Shown piece by piece: positions 19,440 to 28,414 of a DNA stretch of 64,000 bases; within the stretch, counting starts at the first letter, position 1, and every line of letters begins with the position of its first letter. The notes beneath the pieces were generated by a model, which saw only the letters and a program-made list of their open reading frames with translations, was not told where the DNA came from and made no database searches. The position numbers and the translations under genes are program-made. The stretch lies in the NCBI GenBank assembly GCA_965221165.1, contig CBDCRP010000003.1, positions 1,536,064-1,600,063 on the forward strand. Direction: 5' to 3'. This DNA comes from a bacterium. Its GTDB lineage: Bacteria > UBA8248.

Positions 19440-20262
19440 AGGCTTCTAGGCGTCGAAATACTCGCGCGTTGCGCGTTACCTTGAACACCATCGGCGCGAG
19501 CAGGAGAAGACCGATGAGGTTCGGCACCGCCATCAGCCCGTTCAGGGTGTCCGAGAGGTTCCAGACGAAGGCCACCTTCACGTTGGCGAAGCCGAGCGCC
19601 GCCAGCACCCAAAGGCCCCGGTAGACCATGAGGCTGTTCTCGCTCAAGAGATACTGCCAGCACCGCTCGCCGTAGTACGACCAGCCCAGGATGGTCGTGA
19701 AGGCGAAGACGGCGAGTGCGATGGTGACGATGTAGCTCCCGCCCGCGATGGTGCTCTGAAAGCCCGCCGAGGTGAGCAGGACGCCCGTCAAGCCCGCGCC
19801 GTCCGCGCCCTTCATCACCCACGCGCCCGAGGTCAGGATGACCAGCGCCGTCATCGTGCAGACCACGATGGTGTCGATGAAGGTGCCCAGCATGGCGATG
19901 ACGCCCTGGCGCACGGGGCTGTTCGTCTGCGCCGCCGCGTGCGCGATGGCCGCCGAGCCCAGGCCCGATTCGTTCGAGAACACGCGCGCGCGACGCCGAA
20001 GCGAACCGCCGCCGCCACCGCAGCGCCCGCGAAACCGCCCGCCGCAGGGGTGAAGGCGTGGGTGAAGATGAGGGCGATGGCCTGTGGCACCGAGGCGATG
20101 TTGATGAGGATGATGATGAGCGCAGCGCCCACGTAGAGGATAATCATCGCCGGCACGAGCTTGCCCACCACCTCGCCTATCCGCTGGATGCCGCCGCAGG
20201 CTCCCTCTCCCCCGATGGCTTGCGCGGCCTCCCACGAGGCGTTCATAATCAGGATGACCAAC
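19440..20262 (-). pseudogene. Alanine/glycine:cation symporter (AGCS family) remnant: 5'-truncated and frameshifted
   Basis: One frame reads GGIQRIGEVVGKLVPAMIILYVGAALIIILINIASVPQAIALIFTHAF...RFGVARA. The other continues VFSNESGLGSAAIAHAAAQTNSPVRQGVIAMLGTFIDTIVVCTMTALVIL...NLIGLLLLAPMVFKVTRN. The frame switch lies in the (CG)n run at ~19981-19992. The N-terminal ~200 codons are missing, and there is no stop codon before the islet gene. Confidence 0.7.
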
Positions 20263-20400
20263 AACGAAAAAAGGAGGCGCGCGATGAAGGCACTCCTAGC
20301 GGTCCTGGCCGTCGCGGCTATCGCCCCCACCGATGGGACGCTCTCGCGGCTCTCCCTCCGCTGGTTCGGCTTCGACCTGACGCCAAAGGAATGACTCAGG

Positions 20401-21282
20401 ATGACTGAAGAGATCAAACCCCGGACCGACCACGAGGAAGCGGAGCGCGCAGACGACAGCGCCGCCGCCTTCACCCGGGGGGGAGACGCCGCCAAAACGC
20501 CGCGCAAGAGACTCGCGAAGGGGTTGTATGAGGCGGAACTGGCGAGGCTCCAGATAGAACTCGTCAAGCTACAGGAATGGATACGGAATGCGGGCCTGAA
20601 AGTGGTCGTCATCTTCGAGGGGCGCGACGCGGCGGGCAAGGGCGGCGTCATCAAGCGCATCACGCAGAGTTTGAGCCCGCGCATCTGCCGCGTCGCAGCG
20701 CTGGCGGCGCCCACCGAGCGCGAGCAGACGCAGTGGTATTTCCAGCGCTACGCGCCTCACCTGCCCGCAGCGGGCGAGATGGTGCTCTTCGACCGCTCCT
20801 GGCACAACCGCGCGGGCGTCGAGCGGGTGATGGGCTTTTGCACGGAGGAGGAATACCGCGAGTTTCTGCACTCATGCCCCACCTTCGAGCGCATGCTCGT
20901 GAGATCGGGCATCATCCTCATCAAATACTGGTTCTCGGTGAGCGATGCGGAGCAGGAGCGCCGCTTTCAGAGGCGCATCGAAGACCCCACGCGGCGCTGG
21001 AAGCTCTCGCCGATGGACCTGGAATCGCGCACCCGCTGGGTCGAGTATTCCAAGGCGAAGGACGAGATGTTCGCGCACACCGACATCAAGCAGGCCCCCT
21101 GGTACGTGGTGGACGCGGATTCGAAGCGCCGCGCGCGGCTGAACTGCATCAGCCACCTGCTCTCCTTGATCCCGTATCAAGACTTGACGCCCGCGCCCAT
21201 CGAACTCCCCCCGCGCCGGCCCGAGCAGGCCTACGTGCGGCCCCCCATCGGCGAGCAGACCTTCGTGCCGGACAGGTATTGA
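20401..21282 (+). CDS. ppk2: Polyphosphate kinase 2
   Basis: LQIELVKLQEWIRNAGLKVVVIFEGRDAAGKGGVIKRI, FDRSWHNRAGVERV and WKLSPMDL. Confidence 0.85.
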   Translation: MTEEIKPRTDHEEAERADDSAAAFTRGGDAAKTPRKRLAKGLYEAELARLQIELVKLQEWIRNAGLKVVVIFEGRDAAGKGGVIKRITQSLSPRICRVAALAAPTEREQTQWYFQRYAPHLPAAGEMVLFDRSWHNRAGVERVMGFCTEEEYREFLHSCPTFERMLVRSGIILIKYWFSVSDAEQERRFQRRIEDPTRRWKLSPMDLESRTRWVEYSKAKDEMFAHTDIKQAPWYVVDADSKRRARLNCISHLLSLIPYQDLTPAPIELPPRRPEQAYVRPPIGEQTFVPDRY

Positions 21283-21328
21283 GGGGGGGACCGAACCCCC
21301 GGCGAGCGTTTTTTTACGAGAGATTTTC

Positions 21329-21383
21329 GTAGGGGCTGCTCGCGAGCAGCCCAGCCAGTGGGCCGTTCACGAACGGCCCCTAC
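21329..21383. repeat. Convergent pair of REP-like palindromes
   Basis: 21329-21352 gtaggggctgctcgcgagcagccc and 21360-21383 gggccgttcacgaacggcccctac. Confidence 0.8.
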
Positions 21384-21444
21384 ACTTATGAGCGAACCCT
21401 ACAAGTCACCCACTCGGCTCATCCCTGGTGATGCAAGAAAGGCC

Positions 21445-21864
21445 CTACCCCTCCTCCACCTTCTTCCGTTGCTTCTTCTTCTCGGCGCGTTCGTGTTTGT
21501 CGCGCAGGCGTTTTTCTCGTGCTGCCCGGGTGGGGCGCGTGGGGCGGCGGGGTTTGGGAGGCGTAGAGACTTCGGCGAGGGCGGCGCGCAGTTTTTCGAG
21601 GCAATCGGCCACGTTTCGGCCCTGATCGCGAAAGCGGCTGCTCGAGATTATCACCTCGCCCTCGCGCGAGACGCGGCGCGGGAATTTCCGGCGAAACCTG
21701 CGCTTCACCCCCTCCGGCGCGCTCGATGAAGCCCCCATGTTCCAGCGCAGCACCGCCTTGCTCGACACCTTGTTCACGTTCTGCCCGCCGGGGCCCGAAC
21801 TCCGCGCGAACTGAAAGTGGATTTCCCTGAGCGGAATCTTGAGCCTCTCGTTCACGATGAGCAT
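21445..21864 (-). CDS. arfB: Alternative ribosome-rescue factor ArfB (peptidyl-tRNA hydrolase, GGQ)
   Basis: MLIVNERLKIPLREIHFQFARSSGPGGQNVNKVSSKAVLRW..., with a basic C-terminal tail KRLRDKHERAEKKKQRKK. Confidence 0.9.
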   Translation of the reverse strand: MLIVNERLKIPLREIHFQFARSSGPGGQNVNKVSSKAVLRWNMGASSSAPEGVKRRFRRKFPRRVSREGEVIISSSRFRDQGRNVADCLEKLRAALAEVSTPPKPRRPTRPTRAAREKRLRDKHERAEKKKQRKKVEEG

Positions 21865-21979
21865 GGGTGAATACTCCCAGGGGTTGGGGGCGGCTCATGG
21901 CGTTGGTGGGGGATATCCTACCATGAGCGGGGGGATTTTCGTGGTGGGTGGGTGTTGAGGGGGGAGGGGCGGCTCACCC

Positions 21980-22006
21980 GTAGGGGCCGCTCACGAGCGG
22001 CCCTAC
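21980..22006. repeat. REP-like palindrome carrying a head on both arms
   Basis: gtaggggccgctcacgagcggccctac. Confidence 0.75.
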
Positions 22007-22019
22007 AGGTCAAACACGC

Positions 22020-22100
22020 GGCTCATCCTCTGCGATGCCCGAGGCGGACTACCTGACGGGCCAGACGTTGACGGTGAACGGCGGATGGCTGATGATGTGA
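22020..22100 (+). pseudogene. 3'-terminal remnant of a short-chain dehydrogenase/reductase gene
   Basis: In-frame ...SSSAMPEADYLTGQTLTVNGGWLMM* is the typical SDR C-terminus (xYITGQxLxVxGG). No upstream body is present. A REP lies immediately upstream. Confidence 0.5.
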
Positions 22101-22116
22101 GGGAGGGGCGGATGGA

Positions 22117-24261
22117 ATGGCGAAATTGGCCAGAGCGGCAAAAACGGGCGGGCGCAGCCAGGCGAAATCCCGCTTTGCCGTGGGCGTGGACGTGGGGGGT
22201 ACGTTCACCGATGCGGTGATCGTGGACACGGAGCGGGGCAGGATCTATCAGTCCAAGGCCCCGACCACTCCCCAAGACCTATCGCAGGGCGTTTTCGACG
22301 CGCTGAACCTCAGCGAGGGTTTCTCGGCCGAAACCCTCCTCCCCCGGACGAACAAATTCGCTCACGGAACCACCCAGTCCACCAACGCCCTCTTCACCCG
22401 GAACGGGGCCAAGGTGGGCCTTATCGCCACCCGTGGGTTCGGGGATCAGATTCTCATCATGCGCGGCGGGGGGCGCGTGGCGGGGATGAGCCTGCCCGAG
22501 CGGCGCCACTTCGCTCCGACGTACAAACCCGATCCCATCGTCCCCAAGCCCCTCATCGTCGAGGTGTCCGAGCGGGTGGACTACAAAGGGGCCGTCATCA
22601 CCCCCCTCGACCCCGAGGAGGCACGCCGGGCGGTCGAAGCGCTTCTGGAAAAGGGGGTGGAGGCCATCTCGATTGCCCTCCTCTGGTCCCTCCGCAATCC
22701 GGCGCACGAGCGCGCCTTGCGCGATATCGCCGCCGCGCTTTCTCCCGGCACCTACGTGAGCGTCTCCTCGGAACTGGCGCCCGTCATCGGGGAGTACGAG
22801 CGAACCGCCACCGCGGTCATCGACGCCTACGTGGGTCCCTCCACCGTGGATTACATCCGCCTCCTGGCGGAACGCCTCCGTGACGCCGGACTTCGAAGCG
22901 CCCTCCTCATCCTCCAGGCGGGAGGGGGCGTCAGCCGAGCCGAGCAGGTGGTGCCGGTTCAGACCATCGAGTCGGGCCCGGCGGCGGGTATTCTGGCGAG
23001 CCAGTTCCTCGCCGAAAAACTGGGCCACCGGAACGTGATCGCCACCGACGTGGGCGGGACCACCTTCAAGGTGGGTCTCATCGTGGAGGGCGAGTGGGCT
23101 TACGCCCGGGATACGGTGGTCGAGAAGTTCACCTACCGCGCTCCCATGGTGGACGTGACCTCCATCGGTGCGGGGGGCGGCTCCATCGCGTGGGTGGACG
23201 AGGGGAGGCTCCGAATCGGCCCCCAAAGCGCGGCGGCGGAGCCGGGGCCCGCCTGCTATGGCCGGGGGGGCGCGGAGCCCACCGTGACGGATGCGGATGT
23301 GGTGCTGGGCTACATCGATCCTGATTATTTCCTGGGTGGGCGGATGCCCCTCGAAGGCGCGCTGGCGGAAAAGTCCATCCGAGAGCGGATCGCGGAGCCG
23401 CTCTTCGGGGGCGACGTGGTGCGGGCGGCGCTGGGAATCCGCCAGGTGGTGAACGCGCAGATGGCGGACTTGCTGCGCAAGGTGACGGTCGAGCGGGGGC
23501 ACGACCCCCGCGACTTCGTCCTCATGGTGTACGGTGGGGCGGGGCCTACGCATTGCACCCTTTTCGGCCCGGAGGCGGGCGTCGGCCGGGCGGTCGTCCC
23601 TTTCACCGCGCCGGTGCACTCCGCCTTCGGCGCGGTGACCTCGGACATGCGCATCACCCTGGAGCGGTCGGACCCCCTGGCCGCGCCGCCCGAACCGGGC
23701 CGGGTACGGAGTCTGTATCGGGCTCTTGAGAATGAAGCCCTGGAGCGGCTCAAGGCCGAGGGCAAGCGTCGGGGGGAGATCGAGCTTAGCCGCTCGGCCT
23801 CGCTCCGCTACCGCCGGCAGATGCATGAAGTGAGCGTTCCCGTTCCCGCTGGAAGGCTCGACGGAAAGGCGCTCGCGGGGACGGTGGACGAGTTCGAGCG
23901 CCGCTACGAGGCGCGCTACGGTCGGGGGGCGGCCTACCGGGAGGCGGGGGTGGAGTTCATCGGCTTCAAGGTCGAGGCCGTCGGAAGGGAGGCGAAGCCC
24001 CGGCTCGAGCGTCGGCGCCCGAAGGGGAAGAGCCCAAGCGGCGCGCTCAAGGGCCGGCGCCCGGTTTGCTTTGACGCCGTCAAGGGCCACCGGCGCACGC
24101 CGATCTACGAGGGTGAGCGGCTGGCGTCCGGCAACCTCGTCCCGGGGCCCGCCATCATCGAGTACGCCTCCACCACGGTGGTGGTGGGGCCGCGCCAGCG
24201 GGCCGAGGTGGATCCATACCAAAACGTGACGCTCCACCTAGGGGGAGGACGGAGGCGATGA
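22117..24261 (+). CDS. Hydantoinase/oxoprolinase A-family protein (HyuA / acetone-carboxylase-beta-like)
   Basis: FAVGVDVGGTFTDAVIVD, ATDVGGTTFKVGLI and ADVVLGYIDPDYFLGG. 714 aa. Confidence 0.85.
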   Translation: MAKLARAAKTGGRSQAKSRFAVGVDVGGTFTDAVIVDTERGRIYQSKAPTTPQDLSQGVFDALNLSEGFSAETLLPRTNKFAHGTTQSTNALFTRNGAKVGLIATRGFGDQILIMRGGGRVAGMSLPERRHFAPTYKPDPIVPKPLIVEVSERVDYKGAVITPLDPEEARRAVEALLEKGVEAISIALLWSLRNPAHERALRDIAAALSPGTYVSVSSELAPVIGEYERTATAVIDAYVGPSTVDYIRLLAERLRDAGLRSALLILQAGGGVSRAEQVVPVQTIESGPAAGILASQFLAEKLGHRNVIATDVGGTTFKVGLIVEGEWAYARDTVVEKFTYRAPMVDVTSIGAGGGSIAWVDEGRLRIGPQSAAAEPGPACYGRGGAEPTVTDADVVLGYIDPDYFLGGRMPLEGALAEKSIRERIAEPLFGGDVVRAALGIRQVVNAQMADLLRKVTVERGHDPRDFVLMVYGGAGPTHCTLFGPEAGVGRAVVPFTAPVHSAFGAVTSDMRITLERSDPLAAPPEPGRVRSLYRALENEALERLKAEGKRRGEIELSRSASLRYRRQMHEVSVPVPAGRLDGKALAGTVDEFERRYEARYGRGAAYREAGVEFIGFKVEAVGREAKPRLERRRPKGKSPSGALKGRRPVCFDAVKGHRRTPIYEGERLASGNLVPGPAIIEYASTTVVVGPRQRAEVDPYQNVTLHLGGGRRR

Positions 24262-26465
24262 GCGGGAAGCGCCTGGACCCCGTAACCTTCGAGGTTATCC
24301 TGCACAAGCTGAACCAGATCGCCGAGGAGATGTGCATCAGCTACGTGAATTGTTCGGGTTCGGAGCCGCTTGTCCAGGCCAACGACGCCAACGCGGGGAT
24401 CACGCTGCCGGACGGCTCCATGGTGGTGGTGGGGCCCTACGTCATCATCCAGGCCAACGTCCTTCCCCTCACCGTCTCCCATATCATGAAGCGGTGCCGG
24501 GAGAATCCGGGGATCGGCGAGAAGGACATGTTCATCTGCAGCGACCCCTGGGTGGGCCCCATCCACCAGCCCGACATCACCACGGTGGCCCCGCTCTTCT
24601 ACGAGGGCGATATCTTCTGCTGGACGGGCGCCTCGGGGCACCAATCGGACATAGGGGGGAAGGACCCGGGCGGGTTCTCCATCGGGGTGGTGGACGTCCA
24701 CCAGGAGGGCCTCCGGATGCCCCCGGTCAAGCTGGTGGAAGAGGGAGAGCTCCGCCAGGACCTTTTCGACTGGATCGTGAACTCGGTGCGGGATCCTCTG
24801 GTGGGCCTCGACGTCAAGGGCCAGATCGCGGCCAACCACGTGGGCCAGGAGAGGCTGATCGAGCTCATCGGGCGCTTCGGGGCGAAGGCGGTCAAGGCTT
24901 CCATGGAGGAGTCCATCCGCTACACCGAGAGGCGTCTCCGCAGGCGCCTGCGCTCTTTGCCCGACGGCACCTGGCGCACCCGCCAGCACATCGATCACGA
25001 CGGCCACGCGCCCAACCTCTACAAGATGGAATGCACCATGACGAAGCGGGGCGACAGCCTCTCGTTCGACTACGAGGGAACCGACCCCCAGGTGCGCAGC
25101 CAAGTGAACTGCACCTACACCGGCCTCATCGCCGGGACCCTCACCCCCGTCTATATCATGCTCGCCCACGACATCCCCTGGAACCGCGGCATCCTGAACC
25201 GGGTGGACATCCGCGCCCCCGAAGGGGTGATCAACAACTGCACCTATCCGACGCCCTGCTCCATGGCCACGGTATCGGCCTGTTACCTGACGCTGGACCT
25301 CGCCGCGGCCGCCATCAACCAGATGTGCGCGGCCTCGCCGGACTACCACGAGGAGGCCATGGCGATCTGGACCGCCGCCTCGGTGGCCCCCATGGTGAGC
25401 GGCACCAGCCAGCACGGCCATCCGTTCAGCCTAGTCGAGATGAGCCACTTCGCCGCGGGGGGCGGTGCCCTGACCCACAAGGACGGACAGGACAGCGCCG
25501 GGATGTACTTCACCACCACCCCCCTCATCTCCAACATCGAGACCACCGAGCAGTTCTACCCCGTCCTCTACCTCTTCCGACGGAATCTCCCGGATACCGG
25601 GGGGGCGGGCATGTACCGGGGCGGGTGCGCGGGCGAGATCGCCTTCATCCCGCACGACATGCAGAAGGAGTTCCACGAAACCGTTCTCATCGGAACCGGT
25701 CACGAGATGCCCAACTCGATCGGGCTGTGGGGTGGATTTCCCGGCGGTACCGGACGCCACATTCTCATACGCGGCTCGGACGTTCTGGACCGAATCGCGA
25801 AGAAAGCGCCCCTTCCCGCCACCCTGGAGGAAATGGGGGGCGAGCAGGTGGTCTTTCCGCCCAAGGCGCCCCGGACGCCCTTCTACCCGGGCGAGATCTG
25901 GTACTCGAACTGGCAGGGGGCGGGCGGATACGGTGACCCCCTGGACCGCGACCCCGAGGCGGTGCATGCCGACCTGTCGGCGGGGCTCGTCACCCGCGCC
26001 TGCGCCGAAGAGATCTACGGCGTGGCCCTGGATCCAGACGGGCGGGCGGACCATCCGGCCACTTCCGCCCTTCGGGAGCGCCATCGGGAGGCGCGGCGCG
26101 CGCGGGCGGGAGGCGGCTCCGTCCGCCCGGGCGACCCCCCGGCCCTTGCGGGAAGAGGGCTTCGGGCGAACGAGTACGTTGTCTGGGACGATGCGAATGG
26201 TGAACTCGCCTGCCGCAAATGCGGCTTCGGCTTCGGCCCCATGGACGCGGATCCCAAAGAGCGCGCCCTCTGCGAGGACGCTCCCCTCGCGGTCGGAGGG
26301 CCGATCATGGGGCAGCTCTATGACCGGGGGCGGTTCGTCTTTCGGCTCTATTATTGTCCCGGCTGCGTTTCGCTCCTGGAGTGCGAGGTTCTCCGGAAGG
26401 GGGACCCACCCGTCTGGGGCAGGCTCTCGGCGACCCGGCCCTGGCCGGGGAGAAAGAAGGTCTGA
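24258..26465 (+). CDS. Hydantoinase B/oxoprolinase-family protein with a fused C-terminal Cys4 zinc ribbon (acetone-carboxylase-gamma-like)
   Basis: LDPVTFEVILHKLNQIAEEM at the N-terminus. The C-terminus has ACRKCGFGFGP...YYCPGCVSLLECEV. There is an ATGA overlap with hyuA-like. Confidence 0.8.
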   Translation: MSGKRLDPVTFEVILHKLNQIAEEMCISYVNCSGSEPLVQANDANAGITLPDGSMVVVGPYVIIQANVLPLTVSHIMKRCRENPGIGEKDMFICSDPWVGPIHQPDITTVAPLFYEGDIFCWTGASGHQSDIGGKDPGGFSIGVVDVHQEGLRMPPVKLVEEGELRQDLFDWIVNSVRDPLVGLDVKGQIAANHVGQERLIELIGRFGAKAVKASMEESIRYTERRLRRRLRSLPDGTWRTRQHIDHDGHAPNLYKMECTMTKRGDSLSFDYEGTDPQVRSQVNCTYTGLIAGTLTPVYIMLAHDIPWNRGILNRVDIRAPEGVINNCTYPTPCSMATVSACYLTLDLAAAAINQMCAASPDYHEEAMAIWTAASVAPMVSGTSQHGHPFSLVEMSHFAAGGGALTHKDGQDSAGMYFTTTPLISNIETTEQFYPVLYLFRRNLPDTGGAGMYRGGCAGEIAFIPHDMQKEFHETVLIGTGHEMPNSIGLWGGFPGGTGRHILIRGSDVLDRIAKKAPLPATLEEMGGEQVVFPPKAPRTPFYPGEIWYSNWQGAGGYGDPLDRDPEAVHADLSAGLVTRACAEEIYGVALDPDGRADHPATSALRERHREARRARAGGGSVRPGDPPALAGRGLRANEYVVWDDANGELACRKCGFGFGPMDADPKERALCEDAPLAVGGPIMGQLYDRGRFVFRLYYCPGCVSLLECEVLRKGDPPVWGRLSATRPWPGRKKV

Positions 26466-26833
26466 GGTCGAATGGGAAAAAGAAGCGACACTTCTTTTTT
26501 TTCGGTCCATCGAGAGACCCTTGTTGACGTTGATGAAGAAACGGTTCCTGACACCGTTTCTTGCTACCGGTCGAATTCGCCTCGTTCAGCGGCCTTTCAT
26601 TCTCTGCTCGGCTCGTATTCTTCGTTCCTTCCAGACTTCGTCCAAACCTCGTTCATCCAGTTTAATCCATTTTATATCAATTGGTTGAGCCGAATTATCC
26701 ACCTCCGGCAGGTAACCCGCGACAGGGCCGGGGACGGCGCCCGGCCGCAGTGTCAGGAACCAGACAACGGACTGTCAAGAGGGCTGCTCAGCTCAAAAAT
26801 GCTCCCGGATTCGGCAGCAATGTGAGAAAACAA
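25373..26833 (+). repeat. Direct repeat copy 1 (1,461 bp): hyuB-like codons ~373-735 plus 368 bp downstream
   Basis: Every six-frame ORF in this interval recurs identically at +3861 (for example 25431..26510 = 29292..30371 and 25732..26688 = 29593..30549). I placed the boundaries by reading both junctions. Confidence 0.9.
26476..26502 (+). terminator. Candidate intrinsic terminator downstream of hyuB-like
   Basis: gaaaaagaag-cgaca-cttcttttttttc: an A-run, a 9-bp stem and a T-run, 11 nt after the stop codon. Confidence 0.6.
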
Positions 26834-26854
26834 AACTATTTTTGTTCGCCTACA
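26821..26854. mobile_element. Minimal TGT...ACA inverted-repeat element at the end of repeat copy 1
   Basis: TGTGAGAAAACAAAA-cta-TTTTTGTTCGCCTACA. Confidence 0.55.
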
Positions 26855-26857
26855 CGC

Positions 26858-26995
26858 ATCGAAACCGCAGTCGATTGTGTCCTGGTCATCGACCACAACC
26901 CGGGGCTCGAAGACCTCACCGCCCAGATTTGCGGCGGCGGACCCGAGCCCATGCGCCAGCGTATGGACGAGAAATTCCCGACCGCCGCCCTGGCC
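26858..26995 (+). pseudogene. Fragment of a histidine-phosphatase (SixA-like) gene
   Basis: ...VLVIDHNPGLEDLTAQICGGG...EKFPTAALA resembles the SixA-family C-terminal half (GHNPGL ... FPTAA). It has no N-terminal RHG part and no start codon. Confidence 0.4.
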
Positions 26996-27226
26996 GCGTG
27001 GGTGGACGAGGAGAGGCTCCGAATCGGCCCCCAAAGCGCGCCGGCCGAAGCCGAGGAACGCCACTACGCTATGCTGGAGCAGTCAGCCATGGCGGCGTGA
27101 CTCAAACAAAATGGCCTCCGCCAAACCCGGCGCGGTTCAGCGTGACAGCGATGTTTTCTGTTACAAATCTATGGTATAAAGAATCCCGGAACTTCTACTA
27201 GTTTAAGATAAGAAAGAGAACAGCCA

Positions 27227-28378
27227 ATGCTGACTGTCATCAAGCCTGTGAATACCGTAAAGCTGGCCATTGCAGGGGTTGGAAATTGTGCGAGCTCGTT
27301 GGTTCAGGGCATTGCGCATTACAGGAAGGGCCGCGTCGAGGTCCTGCCCGGTCTGATGCACCCCTGTATCGGGGGCTGGGGCCCGGGTGATCTGGAGGTC
27401 GTGGCCGCCTTTGACGTCGACCGCCGAAAGGTCGGGCGACCCCTGGAGGAGGCGATCTTCGCCAAGCCCAATTGCACGATGGTCTTCGAGGATGAGCTTC
27501 CCTCATCGGGCGTCGTGGTCCAGATGGGACCCGTTCTCGACGGCGTTGCGCCACACATGGCGGATTATCCCGATGACGAGGCATTCCGTCCGGCCGATGC
27601 CGATCCGGTTGATATCGCAGATGTCTTTAAGCGAACCGGCGCGGAGGTGCTGGTCTGCTACCTGCCGGTCGGCTCGGAGCAGGCGGCGCTGCATTACGCC
27701 CAGGCCTGCCTCGACACGGGCGTTGCCATGGTGAACTGCATACCCGTGTTCATCGCCTCAAATCCCAGCTGGGCGGAGAAGTTCAAGATCGCTGGGGTGC
27801 CAATCGTGGGCGACGACATCAAGAGCCAAGTCGGCGCCACGATCGCACATCGGCTCTTGACACGTCTGTTCGGCGACCGCGGTTACACCCTGGACCGCAC
27901 CTATCAACTGAACACCGGCGGCAACACCGACTTCCTCAACATGAAGGCCCTGGACCGGCTGACATCGAAGAAGGTGTCCAAGACGGAATCCGTTCAATCG
28001 CAACTCGATGTGCGCCTCGGCGGGCGCGACATCCATATCGGCCCGTCAGACTACGTGCCCTGGCAAGGCGACAACAAAGTCGCCTTTATCCGCATGGAAG
28101 GACGCGGGTTCGGCAGCGCTCCCATCGAGATCGAGATGCGCCTCTCGGTCCAGGATTCGCCCAACAGCGCCGGCGTCGTCATCGACGCCGTCCGCTGCGC
28201 CAGGCTCGGCATGGTGCGGGGTATGGCGGGTCCGCTGGAAGCGCCGTCTTCCTATTACATGAAATCGCCGCCGGTCCAGATGCGCGATTCCGTCGCCCGC
28301 GACTTGTGTGACGCGTTCATCGAAGAAGGGCGCGCCGAAGCACCGGCGGCCCGAATCGTGAAGTCGGCGGCGGAGTAG
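27227..28378 (+). CDS. ino1: myo-Inositol-1-phosphate (inositol-3-phosphate) synthase, prokaryotic type
   Basis: VKLAIAGVGNCASSLVQGIAHY, LPVGSEQAALHYAQACLDTGVAMVNCIP, GDDIKSQVGATI and SKKVSKTESV. Confidence 0.8.
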   Translation: MLTVIKPVNTVKLAIAGVGNCASSLVQGIAHYRKGRVEVLPGLMHPCIGGWGPGDLEVVAAFDVDRRKVGRPLEEAIFAKPNCTMVFEDELPSSGVVVQMGPVLDGVAPHMADYPDDEAFRPADADPVDIADVFKRTGAEVLVCYLPVGSEQAALHYAQACLDTGVAMVNCIPVFIASNPSWAEKFKIAGVPIVGDDIKSQVGATIAHRLLTRLFGDRGYTLDRTYQLNTGGNTDFLNMKALDRLTSKKVSKTESVQSQLDVRLGGRDIHIGPSDYVPWQGDNKVAFIRMEGRGFGSAPIEIEMRLSVQDSPNSAGVVIDAVRCARLGMVRGMAGPLEAPSSYYMKSPPVQMRDSVARDLCDAFIEEGRAEAPAARIVKSAAE

Positions 28379-28414
28379 ACGCGTGTTCCAACCACGGTGG
28401 GGGAGCCTGGTGAC

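Noticed and set aside
18388-20235. 615-aa ORF taken as one protein
   Set aside because: It is a read-through chimera. The upper part is the frameshifted AGCS symporter remnant (GC-rich). The lower part is an AT-rich islet gene with its own SD and ATGATG start at 19281.
22279-26510. Very long minus-strand ORFs (652 aa, 438 aa, 359 aa) opposite hyuA/hyuB, plus a 534-aa + strand ORF (24332..25936) in an alternative frame of hyuB
   Set aside because: Such ORFs are typical of high-GC DNA, where stop codons are rare in non-coding frames. The products are Arg/Gly/Pro/His-rich without motifs, whereas the annotated + strand frames carry clear hydantoinase A/B signatures. The same reasoning applies to 3956..4930(-), 9052..9936(+), 11225..12316(+), 13602..14456(+), 15251..16129(-), 33724..35100(+), 35085..35864(+), 56893..58650(-), 57003..58091(+), 60162..61166(-) and 62340..63425(-).
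26472-26825. 117-aa ORF (and its twin at 30333..30686) in the AT-rich tail of the direct repeat, plus a short minus-strand frame ending ...KWIKLDERGLDEVWKERRIRAEQRMKGR
   Set aside because: The 117-aa product is Ser/Phe/Leu-rich with no motifs, and it starts inside the terminator hairpin. The minus-strand frame has no ATG and only a GTG abutting its SD-like sequence. It is probably debris of a former gene.
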